A DNA stretch of 64,000 nucleotides from Podarcis melisellensis (taxonomy: Eukaryota), in NCBI GenBank assembly GCA_964234715.1, contig OZ174284.1; one strand, written 5' to 3'. Both the position numbers and the translations under genes were made by a program. Below, one piece after another: positions 1-12,134 of this stretch (positions within the stretch are counted from its first letter, which is position 1; each line of letters starts with the position of its first letter). The notes under the pieces were generated by a model that saw only the letters and a program-made list of their open reading frames with translations, made no database searches and was not told the origin of the DNA.

Positions 1-3000
1 TGAAATTACTGTCCATGACTAAGTTAGGTCTATTGATTTCAGTAGGTCAACCCCAAGAAAACTTTACTTACTTACTTATTGAATTTATATACCGCCCTAT
101 ACCTAGAGTTCTTAAGGTGATTCACAGAAAAGATCATAATATATAAAATCAAAAGAAGAACAATAACCCAATAACACCCCCCAATAGAGCCACATTTTAA
201 AAGGGTATTGAATAGCTGAACACCCCTTTTTCCCCTAAATGCCCTTTATAAGTAAACATCTTAAGACTAGTTATCTGCCCAGTTGAAACTTATGTTAATT
301 ACCGGTCATGCCTCTGTCATTCTATTTAGTCCCCCCCCCCCCATTTGTAATGAGCAGCTTTGCTTGCTGACTTTTATCCCAGCACAGCAAAAGATGTGTA
401 AAAGGAAAAAAGAAAATAAAAGAAAGGGCCCTGTGGTAGTGGTGGTCTACCTGCCAGTATTATAGTATAGATTGGGCACTGAGAAATGATTTCAAGTTAA
501 CTCTTCTACCACATCGTTTAAAGTGTCTGAAACTTAATTAGCGCTTTGCACCCTTCTTGATAAAAGGAGAAGTAGTAAAACAAGGCCCAAAGCACCAATT
601 AGGAGATCACAGAGATCAGTACTGAGGACCTGTACTGGAAACTACAGCCCTTGAGCTGGAAACTTCAAACAGAGTTGAACTAGCAACAGAATATTCACAC
701 CTCCCTTGTGACTTGAGCCGTGGTTATGTGGACTTGTGCGTGTGGTTTTTAAGAGGCTTACTATGAATATGATATAGGGAGGATAATCTCGGTTCCTTTA
801 AAAAAAACCTCAAAATTTAGTGATCAGGCCATTTTAGCAAGCCTGTTGAACTTTCTTTTTAAAAAAGTCATTGATTTAAATAGTAAATTGCAATGCAAGG
901 AATTGGGGGTTCCCCAATGGGAGACATAAACGGTAACATAGAAGAGTATATGCATATTGTTGCTCCTATGAATACCGCTATTTTCAAAAAATTACAGAAT
1001 ATAGCACCAAATGTGCTTGATGCTTGCATATTAGGCATATGTAGAAGATATACCTGTGTTATGAATTTCTGTATTGGTAATGGGTGCATTTCATAATTTA
1101 GTGCTAAGAGCAAAAGCACCATTCTTTGTGAACTAGACAGTCAAGTTGCGGAGCCATCTTGGTGTAAAACTTAAGAAATTATTAGATTACATTCTGAACT
1201 ACTTCATTCTGCACCAGTCTAAAATTTATCCCCATTAAATTGGGGGATTTAGTCTAGTCAGCTGTCCAACCCTGACTTGGCAACCAAACTCCAAAATAAC
1301 TTGTGCGTTCAGTAACATCTCAAAATGCTGGAACGGGAATGAAATATCCAGGAGCATAGCTCTTTTGGCTTACAACTTACTTTACACCAATTTTAGAAAT
1401 GTACATTGCAGTTCTGTGTGTGGCTTTTCGGAACATATGCCCTGTTGAGTTCATTGGAGATTCCTCCATTCATTCATTCTTTCAATTTCTATGCTGCCCA
1501 TCATCCGAGGATCACAGGGTGGTTTACAGTATAAAAACACAAAAATACAAACTATGGAAACAAGCAAAAACAACACACACACCCCAGTTTAAATGGCCAG
1601 ATTGTTTAATTAGCCAAAGGCTCAACAAAAGACAGTTTAAAATCGCTTCTTTGAAATATCAAGCAGATATCGTGCCTGAGTTAGGTGCCTTTTTGATAAC
1701 TAAGGAAGATTGTCCACAAATGCTTCAGGTTTTCCGTCCCCATTTCTTAAAGGCAGGTTGTGGTTCATATGTAAGAAACTTTACCCATGGATTTTGTATT
1801 TGTTTTGTTAACAGAGATACTTCTCATTTTTTATTGAAAGGAAGATGGAACAGTGGCATAACTAACTCCCCTGTCCCCCTCCCAAAATGGTGGCACAGAA
1901 TAAAATTCATTGCACCCCGGTAATTCCATTGCACATTAAGCTTTGTTGGAATTTGTTCTAATTCTTTTTAAACAATTGAATCTGTCTGTATCACTTAAGT
2001 TAGCAGTCTCCCACCCACCCCGGAAAACATTAAGGTTTGGGGTTTTCAGTCATTTAAAAGAATATCATCAGAGACTGCTGAAGTAGCAAAAAGAGCAATC
2101 ATAGCGCCGCAGTTTGCTAAAAACTCAGCCTTAATCGGAAAGCTCTTTTATTTATTGTAATCAAATAAAAACACGGACAAAAGACGTGCAGTAAAAGCTA
2201 ACGGGAGTGTTGTTGGTACAAGATTGAATGCAAAAGATGAAGCGCTGAGGCTAAAATGCTTCTCAGGAAGAGCACATCCATCTGGAAGTACTTAGGGGGC
2301 GCAGGCAAAATTGAGACGGCGCTTTAAAACTCAGACAATGCCAGAAATAACTATGGTAAAGGAGCCTTTAACTTGCATTGCAATTCCCTGTGCTCAGTTT
2401 CATTTTCTCAGGTATCTAGCTTAGTTTCCCTGCCTGTCAGTAGTGCAGTCTATCAACCTTCTCTTTCACCCCCTCCCTGCTTCCATGGGAGTTTGCCGTG
2501 TAATAAGCTGAGGGATGAGAGACAAGTGGATAGCTCTCTTTTCCTCTTTCTTTCTCTTTAACCTGACTGCTAATGGTCCAATAACTGCTGACATCTGCAA
2601 TCTTAGATGGCAAGTGCTGCATGCAGAAAATCCAGTACCTTTAACTTCTTCACTGCTGAAAGATATCCAGCTGCTCACTCATAGCAAGTAGGTGGATCTG
2701 GGCCAGCACTGAAGATGTTAATATACAGGGCATTTGACTCTCAGAAAGAGAGAGCACTTAAATCTAGCCACCAGCTTGGCTTGACTTAACTAGAAACAGC
2801 ATTGTTGCTGTAACTCCTTTGAGTCAATAGGGATAAACAAGGTGCTATGTTTGGACATAACAAGAAAGCAGTGAAACAGTATTTCAGTAGTTTGATGCCC
2901 TGCTTCTTAATTGCTTTTCTACTAAAGAAGGCTGACCCTGAGAAAGCCACAGTTCACATACGGTTTTCTAAACAAAGCCTGTCCCTTCAATAATTTTACC

Positions 3001-3255
3001 TGTGCAAGGCAAGCTGAAATGAATATAGCTGTGCAAAACTTGCAAGTGTGCTTTCCCAAAAGTTGCAGTTGGTGCTGGTGCAAAGTAATTTTCTGGGAGA
3101 TCCTGAGCTAAGAAACTAAGATCTTCAAGCAGTAATTAAAATTTGGGTCTTGCCTTTTGAAAGTTATGTCCATGTTTCTTAGTAATTTGGGAATACAATT
3201 ACATAATGTAAATGTATTCTCTTTTATTCTCTACACATGTTCTGTTTTAAGTTTG

Positions 3256-3384
3256 CAGGCTGAGATACTGTGGCCCCTCTGGCTGTTACTGAACTACAGT
3301 TCTTTTCATCCCCGCTCATGCTCTCTGGGATGATTGGCAGTGGAGTCCAAGAACATTTGAAGGACCACAGATTCCTCTCCCTGA
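3256..3384. mobile_element. Degenerate hAT-type fold-back MITE
   Basis: Shares the actacaactcccatca/gatgggagttgtagt-like arms of the 11997 element, heavily diverged. Confidence 0.5.
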
Positions 3385-5368
3385 TCTCCATAGTCAAAAA
3401 TCTATTTGAATGATGTGTTAATTTAACAGTTCTGCCGTTTGTTATTCATTCCCCAATATCATCAATATAAATGATACGTTACATTTGATTTTGATTATTC
3501 AACACACCAGTCTTTGAGAGTGATAGATCGTTAACATTTGGCAAGAGGATGCTACCTGGCACTGATTGTAGTTTGGCGTCCAAAAACATCTGCCAAGCTA
3601 CAGGTTTTCACACTTGCTTTAGATAATGGGTGGAGGCTTCTCTTTCCTGTTTTTGTTAAAAGTGAGCTTTAAATACCATGTGCTCCCCAATTAGTGTTAG
3701 AAATTCAGATATATAAGCTAGGTGCCAAAACAGAATGCCTAGTTGCCATTTTGGTTCCTGAAATTCATTATGATTGTGCAGATAAAATGTAACTGATAGA
3801 ATTCTGGAGGATGTGGTATTAGTGTGTCAAAACAGTCAAGATCCAATGATCCCCAAGCGTGTACCTCCAGATGGTGGAGCTGTCAGGCAACATCCTTTCA
3901 CCCAGACATCTTCACTTGGTTGCAAGTAGCCAACAGGTGCTAAATGTGCCTAGCTAATTTTTTTACTGGAAAAACAAATATGAAGTGTTGCTGTTTAAGC
4001 CCTCTGTGGTAAAACTATATTGAATTTTGTGTATACCACCATCCCTCTGTGGAGTTGGAAAACCTAAGTAACTACTCTAGGGTAGTTTTTTTGTTTTGTG
4101 AATGGTGCTACGGACCCCCTGGGTGGGTTTTGCAGAGCCACTGGGGTCCGCGGACCTCCAATCAGGAACCACTGCTTTATCATATCCCCCCATTTTTATT
4201 TTAAACTAAAAATCTGCAAATGGTACACAACCCTCCTGAGTCTCCCTTTGGCATGTTGGATAGATCAGATAGGGACCTCATAATAACAGAATCAAGTAAT
4301 AGTGATTTGCTAACTATTCTTTCTGATTTGGGCCACTAATTGGAGAGAGTGAAGTTTGACTATGTTGTACTGAAATGAATCAGATTTCAGTGTTGAACTG
4401 TGCACTTATATTGATTTTAGTGGGGTGCATTTACCAAACTTTATGTAGATTAGATCCCCTTTTTGACATTAGCTTCAAAAAAAAAAATGCACAGAAAGAG
4501 TTTACCCTTTGTCACTTTCCTGTAGAAATCAGAAAATGTGTGTATGTGTTTTACTTTTCCTGTTTGAATAATAACTTTCTACACTACTTATTTTTGCAAA
4601 CTGGTACATAACCTCCACCCCCAATCCAGGACTATTTCATGCTAGTGTTATTCCATTATTGCTTCAGCTTAGATTTCAAATCACTGACATTTCTTTTTTA
4701 AAAAACAAAACCCACACTACTTAAAAATGCTATAATGGAAAGTGCCATTACAAAAGTCAGTCTCCATAAAATGACATCCTTTGACGTTAACGTCAGTTTG
4801 GCTGTTGAGCAAATACCTTATTTGTATAGGAGGAAGCAGAGGGATTGCAGTAACTATTTTTCTTTCTGATTTATACTACTGGCAAAGAGACCTTTTAGAA
4901 TTGAGTATTGCACTCATCTCAGAATTTTTATAACAAATATCTTCTATAAGTGACTTAGATTGTTCATCACCTTTCAAGCTATTTGAATGTTTTCAGCTTG
5001 CTAATATTGTTTTGTTGGAAGAGTTGTTGTTGTTGTTTTTTACCCTAATCTTCACAGTACCGAAAAGGCCATTTTGCTCACTCCAGTCGTCAGATATCAG
5101 AAACCAGTTCTTCGGTGCATTTTTCAAAAAGTGCCATTTAAGTTCCATATGATCGATTCTCTTGATTTATCAACTTCTTGTTTGTCACAGATAAAATAGT
5201 TAGCTACTCTTTTGTTTTTTAAATACTGGCAACATTCAGACCATGAAGCTTTGCCCCATTGCCCTAGTCTTATGAAAGATGAATTGTAAGTTTTCGTAAT
5301 GTAACATCTAAGTCCACTGATGACCTGCAGATCATTGGAACACCTGTGTATGCTAAAATATGTAATTA

Positions 5369-5442
5369 GAATCATAGAATTGTAGAGTTGGAAGGGACCG
5401 CAAGAGTCATGGAGTCCAGCCCCCTGCAAATGCAGGAATCTC
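5369..5442 (-). repeat. CR1-type 3' tail fragment
   Basis: agaatcatagaattgtagagttggaagggacc...tgcaggaat. The same sequence recurs near 18847, 35113 and 39932 and at the CR1 end near 63900. Confidence 0.7.
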
Positions 5443-5899
5443 AATAATTAATTTTAAAATGATTGATACCATTTGATTTTTGACAGTGGGTAATAGCTAA
5501 TTCTCAGGGTAGATTCATTGAAATCTATAGATACGTCCATTGATTTTAGTGGGTCTGCTCCAAATATGGCTAACATTGAATATTCCCCCATGCAATTCTT
5601 GATTTAAACTATTTCAATCACTTAAGGCCTTTGTTTTCCCCAAACACTATCCCAGCTAAAGTTAATGACACATTTCAGTGGAAATTTTAGACCTGGATAT
5701 AAATATTTCATATTGAAACTTTGGTTGCATCATACTTTTACATTTTTCTTTTCTTTTCCAGAGGCTTTCCTAATCAGCAGGGATTTGTCATATTTTCTGA
5801 AGATCCGGGGAAATGTTTCATCAAATGATCTGATCACTTAAGGACTCTGAAATTATGATAACTAATAGTAATAATGATGCATTTTTTCTCTCTCTATAG

Positions 5900-6004
5900 G
5901 ACATGATGGTGGTAGCTGGATTCAGCATGGCTAAGTCCACCAGTGAAGCTGATGGGCATTGCTGTCGGCTAGAAGTCTCTGACGAAGCTGGGTCAACTAT
6001 TTAT
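5900..6004 (+). CDS. POT1: POT1 coding exon, N-terminal extension (DMMVVAGFSMAKSTSEADGHCCRLEVSDEAGSTIY)
   Basis: Pyrimidine tract plus TAG acceptor (AG 5898-5899) and GTATGT donor at 6005. 105 nt, phase 0/0, open frame. Resembles the recalled chicken POT1 N-terminal segment (DTVIVAGFTVAKS...CHLEVSEEAGSTIF). Confidence 0.8.
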
Positions 6005-6232
6005 GTATGTTTCTCAAGCTTTTCTTCTCTCCCTTCACTCCAAAACTTTCTTAATAAGAGAGTCTGAGAGGCTGTGGATTACTAAGAAGCACATCAAGGT
6101 CTGCTTTAAAAAGATAGAAGAACTTTACCCTTCAGCATACTAACAACAGGGATTCAGAGAAAACCCTTGGCTACAGCTGAGTGTCTAAGGGGGCTTTAGA
6201 CTTGCATTTGTATATCAAACAGCAACCACAAG

Positions 6233-6347
6233 GGTCCACAAGGGTCATCTAGTGCAACTCCTTGCAACGCAGGAATATTTTGCACAATGTGGAGCTCGAA
6301 CCCACAGCCCTGAGATTAAGAGTCTCATGCTTTACCGACTGAGCTAT
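6233..6347 (-). mobile_element. tRNA-Lys(CTT)-derived SINE with CR1-type tail
   Basis: Reverse complement reads tagctcagtcggtaaagcatgagactcttaatctcagggctgtgggttcgagc (tRNA-Lys-like), followed by the attcctgc...ctagatgaccct tail. Confidence 0.75.
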
Positions 6348-6995
6348 CTCTGGTGATAAAGAATCAGATGACAGCAATCATAGAGTTTGTGGCATGTGGA
6401 AAACTATTTTTGATACTGAACAGAGTTTCTAAGCAATCTGACACACTACGCGGGCCGCTGCTGCCCAAAGGGAAGAAAGTTAGCATTACTCAAATGCTTT
6501 GAAATGTGTGTAGCTCATACAGTGCTGTCTCTTTATCAGTGTTTATAGGGTAGTTTTTGAAATGTGTAAAGTCCTATTGCTTCTCTTTCTCATAAAAATG
6601 TAAGCTGCCATTGCTGGGCCTCCATTGGAGGATTTGTAGAGCCACATCACAATCCTGGATTTGCATGATGTCGGAACAGGGGAGCAAACACGAGGCAGGA
6701 TTTAAGATGGAGTTTTAAAGAACAACAAAGTTTGAGTAAAGCAGAAATAGAGGGACACAGAGGAGCTGGGGCAGGTAAGGGGCTTGAAGGGGCTGTGAAG
6801 GGAGTGCAGGGCTTGAGGGAGTGGAGCTGCAGAGCTAGAGAGGCCGGAGTTGCTTTGTGGGAATGGGGTGGCTGAAGGAGGCGATGGCGGATTCGGGTGA
6901 TGAGGTGTGAAGGAAGGGATGGGACTAGCAAGGAGGGTGGCAGCAGCAGGGAGCTTGGTAAGCAATGTGAGCAGGGGCAGAAGCATATATATTCA

Positions 6996-7241
6996 CAATG
7001 GTACCTCTAGTTACGAACTTAATTCGTTCCGGAGGTCCGTTCTTAACCTGAAACTGTTCTTAACTAGAGGCATGCTTTCGCTAATGGGGCCTCTTGCTGC
7101 CGCTGCACAGCCGGCACATGATTTCCATTCTAATCCTCGGGCACAAAGTTCTCAACTCGAGGTAACTGGCCTGAAAGTGAGATGAGCGCCCAGCCCTATA
7201 GTTGCCTTTGACTGGACTTAACTGTCCAGGGGTCCTTTACC
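6996..7241 (+). mobile_element. Partial Tc1/mariner-type MITE joined to the 3' end of a Sauria SINE
   Basis: 6996-7165 matches the 17605 MITE. 7168-7241 matches the Sauria SINE 3' end. Confidence 0.7.
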
Positions 7242-7339
7242 GTATATGCACACCCCCCTGGGAGAGTATTGGATGTTGCTGTGGGAACCCTAACTATTAT
7301 GACTTGGGCCTATAAATCCAGTTGTGCTGTATTGAAGTA

Positions 7340-7681
7340 CCGTATTGACCTGAATATAAGCCATACCCAAACATTTAAAATTGGAGGGGGGGAGGAAAAA
7401 AGAAAAAACACCCAAATATAAGCCGCTCCATTCCTTGCTGCTCCTGGCTGCAACCTTGCGGGGGGGGGGGGGGAGCCACACTGCGTTGCTGGCAGCCTTT
7501 CCCCTTCCTCGCTCTCTCCCTTCCCAGCCTTGGGGGAGAGGACGAGGAACTACTCGTGGGGAAGGCGCTGCTTTGTCGCACTCCTGGCTGCATACCATAA
7601 GGTCGCGAATATAAGCCACACTTTAAGTTTTCACGGTCGGAATTTGGGAAAAAGGTGAGGCTTATATTCAAGCCAATACGG
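7340..7681. mobile_element. pogo/Tc2-like MITE
   Basis: 23-bp TIRs ccgtattgacctgaatataagcc / ggcttatattcaagccaatacgg flanked by TA, with internal aatataagcc direct repeats. Explains the three overlapping ORFs here. Confidence 0.85.
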
Positions 7682-9322
7682 TAGTAGCAATCTACAGTGT
7701 TGCTGCTTTAGTTAATGGGGAAAGGCCCCTTGCCAGATTTCCAATAGTATTAGCCTTGAATTGACATAGACTTGGAATGTTTGAGATTGTGCTGAGTTGG
7801 CAGAGTGTAGCATACCTTTTCGGTGCTTTGTGTCGTTTCTCTGGGATAGCAAATATGCTGTAAATATATTTACATAGTGATAGCTTTATTTTGGAGAATG
7901 GATAAGAGAACTAATATTTCTAGAGTCAATGGATTTTAGCTCTGATCTCAAAAAGTCATGTTACCGTAAGCCCGTCTTATAGTACTTGGAGGGATTGTTT
8001 TTGTAATTTATTTACTCAAAATTGTTTCAGGCTGCTGCTATAGGTGCAAGAGCAAGACCAGTAAAGAGGTGGCAACACTATCTGTAGTCAACGGAATTCT
8101 GCCCAAGTTTTTCACTCCTTGCTAAATACATTTCATAAAGATAATACACGAGTACTCATACTGGACTCTAAGCACCCAAGGATAAGTGGTTTTGACAAAT
8201 GCAACTGAAATATGAAAAATGAGATGCACACATTTTGTAAAAAATTTAAATTTGAAATTCTTGAGGGTTTTGAAGTCACTTTGTTGTTTTGTAGATAAAA
8301 ATGAAGAGGAAAACTAAAACCAGAGAAAGCACCCGCCAAGTAGGTATTCTGTTACTGTATCTTTGTAGCATTGAGTGTTAAAAACGCTGATAATAAATTC
8401 ATTCATATTATTTCTTAAAGACTTGTTTTAAACTGAAAGAGCTACTTTGAGTGAAGTTCTCTTTTGGATCCACACGGCAGTGTAAAAAAAAATGCTATGG
8501 TTTGTTGTGTCATCCAAACCTTGACCATGGTTTGTTTTCAAACAAATCACTGTCTGGGTTTTTATCACATGACAAGCCATAGTATGGCTTGCTTGAGCTC
8601 TGTGGATGGGAAGAATTCATTCTGGGGCCAGCATGGCAGAATAAAGGCACATCCATTATTAACTCATATACAAAGCCAGGTAAACTGACTTATCATGACA
8701 TGCAAACTAGGTCCTAGGTAGCCATAGAGTACATTTGTGCAGTATATTTTATAATATACAGAAATTTAAATTACCAAGGGAAGAATTATCCCTCAATCTA
8801 TCCCAGTACAGCCTGGGAACCTTTAGGAATATTTTAAATCCTACCCATTTGATTTGCCCTTTTGAGCTCAGGGCTAAGTTGTGAAAGAATGGAGGGGTTT
8901 TAGTGAATTTTCTTTACTTCAATTTTATTTTGATATTGGCCATAATAGAAATATGCATTATTAAACTATTCTGTTCTGTTAGTTTGTGGGTTTTTTATAC
9001 TGACCCCAAATGTTTGAGATAAAGTAGTCTACAAAAATATAAATGTTTGTTAATTAGAATTGCTGGTTTACATAAATATTTAGGTAGCATTTGCTATATG
9101 TTTGACATAAGACAATTCACTTATATTACAATGTAATAAAAATGCATACCTTTATTATTTTTATCTTTTAAGTTACCTATACATAATAGATTAACTTCCA
9201 GCATATATTTGTTCAAAGAACCAAGAATGTCCATTTTAAAATATTGGAATAAAAAAATCTGAAATGATCCTTATTGTCTTCCAGTTTGTTCTAACAATCT
9301 TCAGTTCTGTTTTTCTCCGCAG

Positions 9323-9373
9323 GTTTGTACTAGGTCATCCAGTACAATTACTGGTTCAGAAACTGTAGCCATG
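9323..9373 (+). CDS. POT1: POT1 coding exon, linker ending in Met (VCTRSSSTITGSETVAM)
   Basis: ttttctccgcAG acceptor and ATG|GTAAGC donor. 51 nt, phase 0/0, in frame with both neighbouring exons. Confidence 0.85.
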
Positions 9374-11401
9374 GTAAGCTTTGTTTTGGTGTTTCTTTTT
9401 TGTTTTAAATTCCAGAAGGCATCGCGAGTTCAGTGCCTGAAACAAGTTTTACAGCAACTTTAAGATGGCCTGTAGAAATGGCTATAGATCTCAAAATAAT
9501 TTTGCATTAGCTGCTGTGGGGAACACAATTACAAAAGGAATAAGGCAGAGAATAGGTGTCCAGAAATTTTGAATAAATCCAAACACATGCTAGGTTTCCT
9601 CCTTTGGACATCTCTCTTTACACTGTGAGGCTGGGAATGCTATATGAATGTGTTTTCCAGCTACTTTAATTTGTCTTACGTATATAGAAAAATTCTTTTC
9701 AATCAGCCCCGCTAAATAAAAAAATACACCAGGCTGTAGAGGCTCAGAAACTCTGGCAAGTGTGCTAATTTCCTGAACATCTTGGAGATGGTCTGCAAGT
9801 ATTATGACTGCCATTAGGCTAGCCAGCAGAACAAGGTGATGACAGAAATAATTAAAATGCCTGTGGCACCTTCTGCTGGATGCTGGAGAAAGTACAAAAA
9901 TTCATGTGTTCCAACAGCCTTTCCAAAACTTTATTAAAGCAAATTTGCTGTATCAGGAGAGGGCAACATTGTAGATTTTTTGACATGTGTACAACTGGTT
10001 GGCAAGATTCTATACTCACTAGGGCCAGACTGAAATTCTAATGTGTCAAAAATCAATTGGCAAAGATCAAAAATCAGTTGGCTTTCTCATTGTTGGACCC
10101 ATGTGTTTTCTCTTCTCATGTAAGTAGCTTACACACTTATTCCAACCACAGAATGTACAGCAAATGGGTTTTTTAAACATCCTGTGAAATGATCAATCAA
10201 CATGTGTGATAACTATTAAAACCAGGGAAATTAATCAGTGCTATTGTACTAGAAACATTTAACTTACAATTGGACCCGGTGGTTTTTTCTGTTAAACTAT
10301 ACAGATGGTTTAGTTATACAGCAACATAAGGATCTGTGTCATTGTATGGTGTTGGCAACAATAATTTTGTTGGCAGAAAAAGGAAGATCAGCAATGATAC
10401 CAACCATTAATAAATACAGAGAGAAAATGTAAGAATTTGCTTCAATGGCCAAGCTAGCTTGTTATGTCAGAGAACATAACAAGATGAATTTGCAACAAAT
10501 GAGTAGGTGCTTATTAAATATAGCAAGGATTTAATCAAAACATGTTGTGGTTTTACACTGTTTTGAAGTTTGGTTTGTTGAGGATAATTAAACTAATTAT
10601 TTAATCTATTCTTGTAGGTTATGATATAGGTTCTTGTCTCTTTCTTTTTTTCATTTAGATTAATGCCTTTTGAAATAATAAACAAATTTGTATCTGCAAA
10701 TGTTTTATAGCTTTAACTCTGCAGTTGTACTATTTAAACTAGAAAAGCAAAAAAAGCTAGTGTTTCTAGAATGGTCTGATATTTGCCGTTTGCCAGGAAA
10801 TAACACTTGGCTGTCTCATAAGAAGAGTCCTGCAGGATCAGACTCGCAACATATATAACAGTCATAGCTTGCAGCAATTGATAGCCTTATATTCCATGAA
10901 TCTGTCCATTCCCCCTTTAAAACCACCCAAACTGGTGGCTGTCTGCCTCTTGTGAGAGCAAATCCCATAGTTTAATTATGTACTGTATAAAGAAGCACTT
11001 TCTTTTTTCTGGGCTGAATTTCCTAACATTCGGCTTCATTCGATGGTTCCAGATTCTAGTATGAAAATAGTCACACACACACCAACAGCATTTTATACAT
11101 CACAAAGCATATCCACTCCCCGCTCACCTTTTCTGTACAGTAAAAAAAACAAAAAACAACCCACCCCAAATTGTTATAACCTTTCCTTATAGGGGAATTC
11201 TTCCAAAGGAGGAAGGAGTATTCTGATGGAATGACCAGTAGCAAAGAAAAATGTTTTGTTTGATGTTCATAATGGACCTGATATCTAGGCCCTGTATATA
11301 AAGAAAGTTTTGGCAAGAGAGAGAAGAAGAAGAAGCTTGCCACTTTAAAATAGCTACAGAATTTGACTTGAATGTGATCACTTTCTGTTTTGTCTTGTTA
11401 G

Positions 11402-11516
11402 TCTGTTGCCCCCAGCTATACATACACTCCTCTGAATCTTGTTAAAGGCGGGACTATTGTCAACCTCTATGGTGCTGTGAAATTCTTCAAGCCTCCATAT
11501 AAATGCAAAGGAACGG
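11402..11516 (+). CDS. POT1: POT1 exon, OB1 start ([38 protein letters not shown])
   Basis: AG/GT boundaries, 115 nt. Matches human [33 protein letters not shown]. Not shown in the ORF track. Confidence 0.97.
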
Positions 11517-11620
11517 GTATGTATTATTAAATATATAAAACTCACAAAGTGTTCTGCTTTAAAAAAAATGCTCATAGCAGATATGAGCAAGAAGTCGATT
11601 ATGGGTCATTGTATGATTTC

Positions 11621-11942
11621 TGATCGGCTTGCCGAAGGTCGGCAGTTTGAATCCCAACAACGGGGTGAGCTCCCGTTGCTCGGTCCCTGCTCCTGCCAAC
11701 CTAGCAGTTTGAAAGCACATCAGAGTGCAAGTAGATAAATAGGTACTGCTCCGGCGGGAAGGTAAACGGCGTTTCCATGCGCTCCTCGGGTTCGCCAGAA
11801 GCGGCTTAGTCATGCTGGCCACATGACCCGGAAGCTGTCTGCCGGCTCCCTCGGCCAGTAAAGCGAGATGAGCGCCGCAATCCCAGAGTCATCCACAACT
11901 GGACCTAAGAGTCAGGGGTCTCTTTACCTTTATCTTTACCTT
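11621..11942 (+). mobile_element. Sauria SINE, 5'-truncated
   Basis: Family body, (acctt/ttt) tail, TSD tatgatttc (11612-11620 / 11943-11951). Confidence 0.9.
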
Positions 11943-11996
11943 TATGATTTCGAATAAACTGCTCAATGCTTCCTGGATGCTTGGATTCCTGTACAG

Positions 11997-12134
11997 CAGC
12001 CTTTCTCAACCTGTGGGTCCCCAGATGTTGTTGGACTACAACTCCCATCATCCCTGAGCTCTGGTCTTGCTAGCTAGGGGTGATGGGAGTTGTAATTCAA
12101 CAACATCTGGGGACCCACAGGTTGAGAAAGGCTG
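11997..12134. mobile_element. hAT (Charlie-like) fold-back MITE
   Basis: Near-perfect palindrome starting cagcctttctcaacc. 8-bp TSD ctgtacag/ctgtaaag. Confidence 0.9.

Noticed and set aside
1399-1923. 174-aa ORF
   Set aside because: Overlaps a decayed antisense L2-type tail and shows no recognisable domain or similarity to the POT1 N-terminus.
5762-5880. Strong pyrimidine tract plus AG at 5760-5761 as a possible extra POT1 exon
   Set aside because: The frames I read close before the 5900 exon and there is no good donor. It could be a cryptic acceptor, but nothing supports that.
6647-6986. G-rich stretch with two Pro/Ser/Leu-rich minus-strand ORFs
   Set aside because: Low-complexity translation, probably a very old LINE remnant. 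No splice or domain support.
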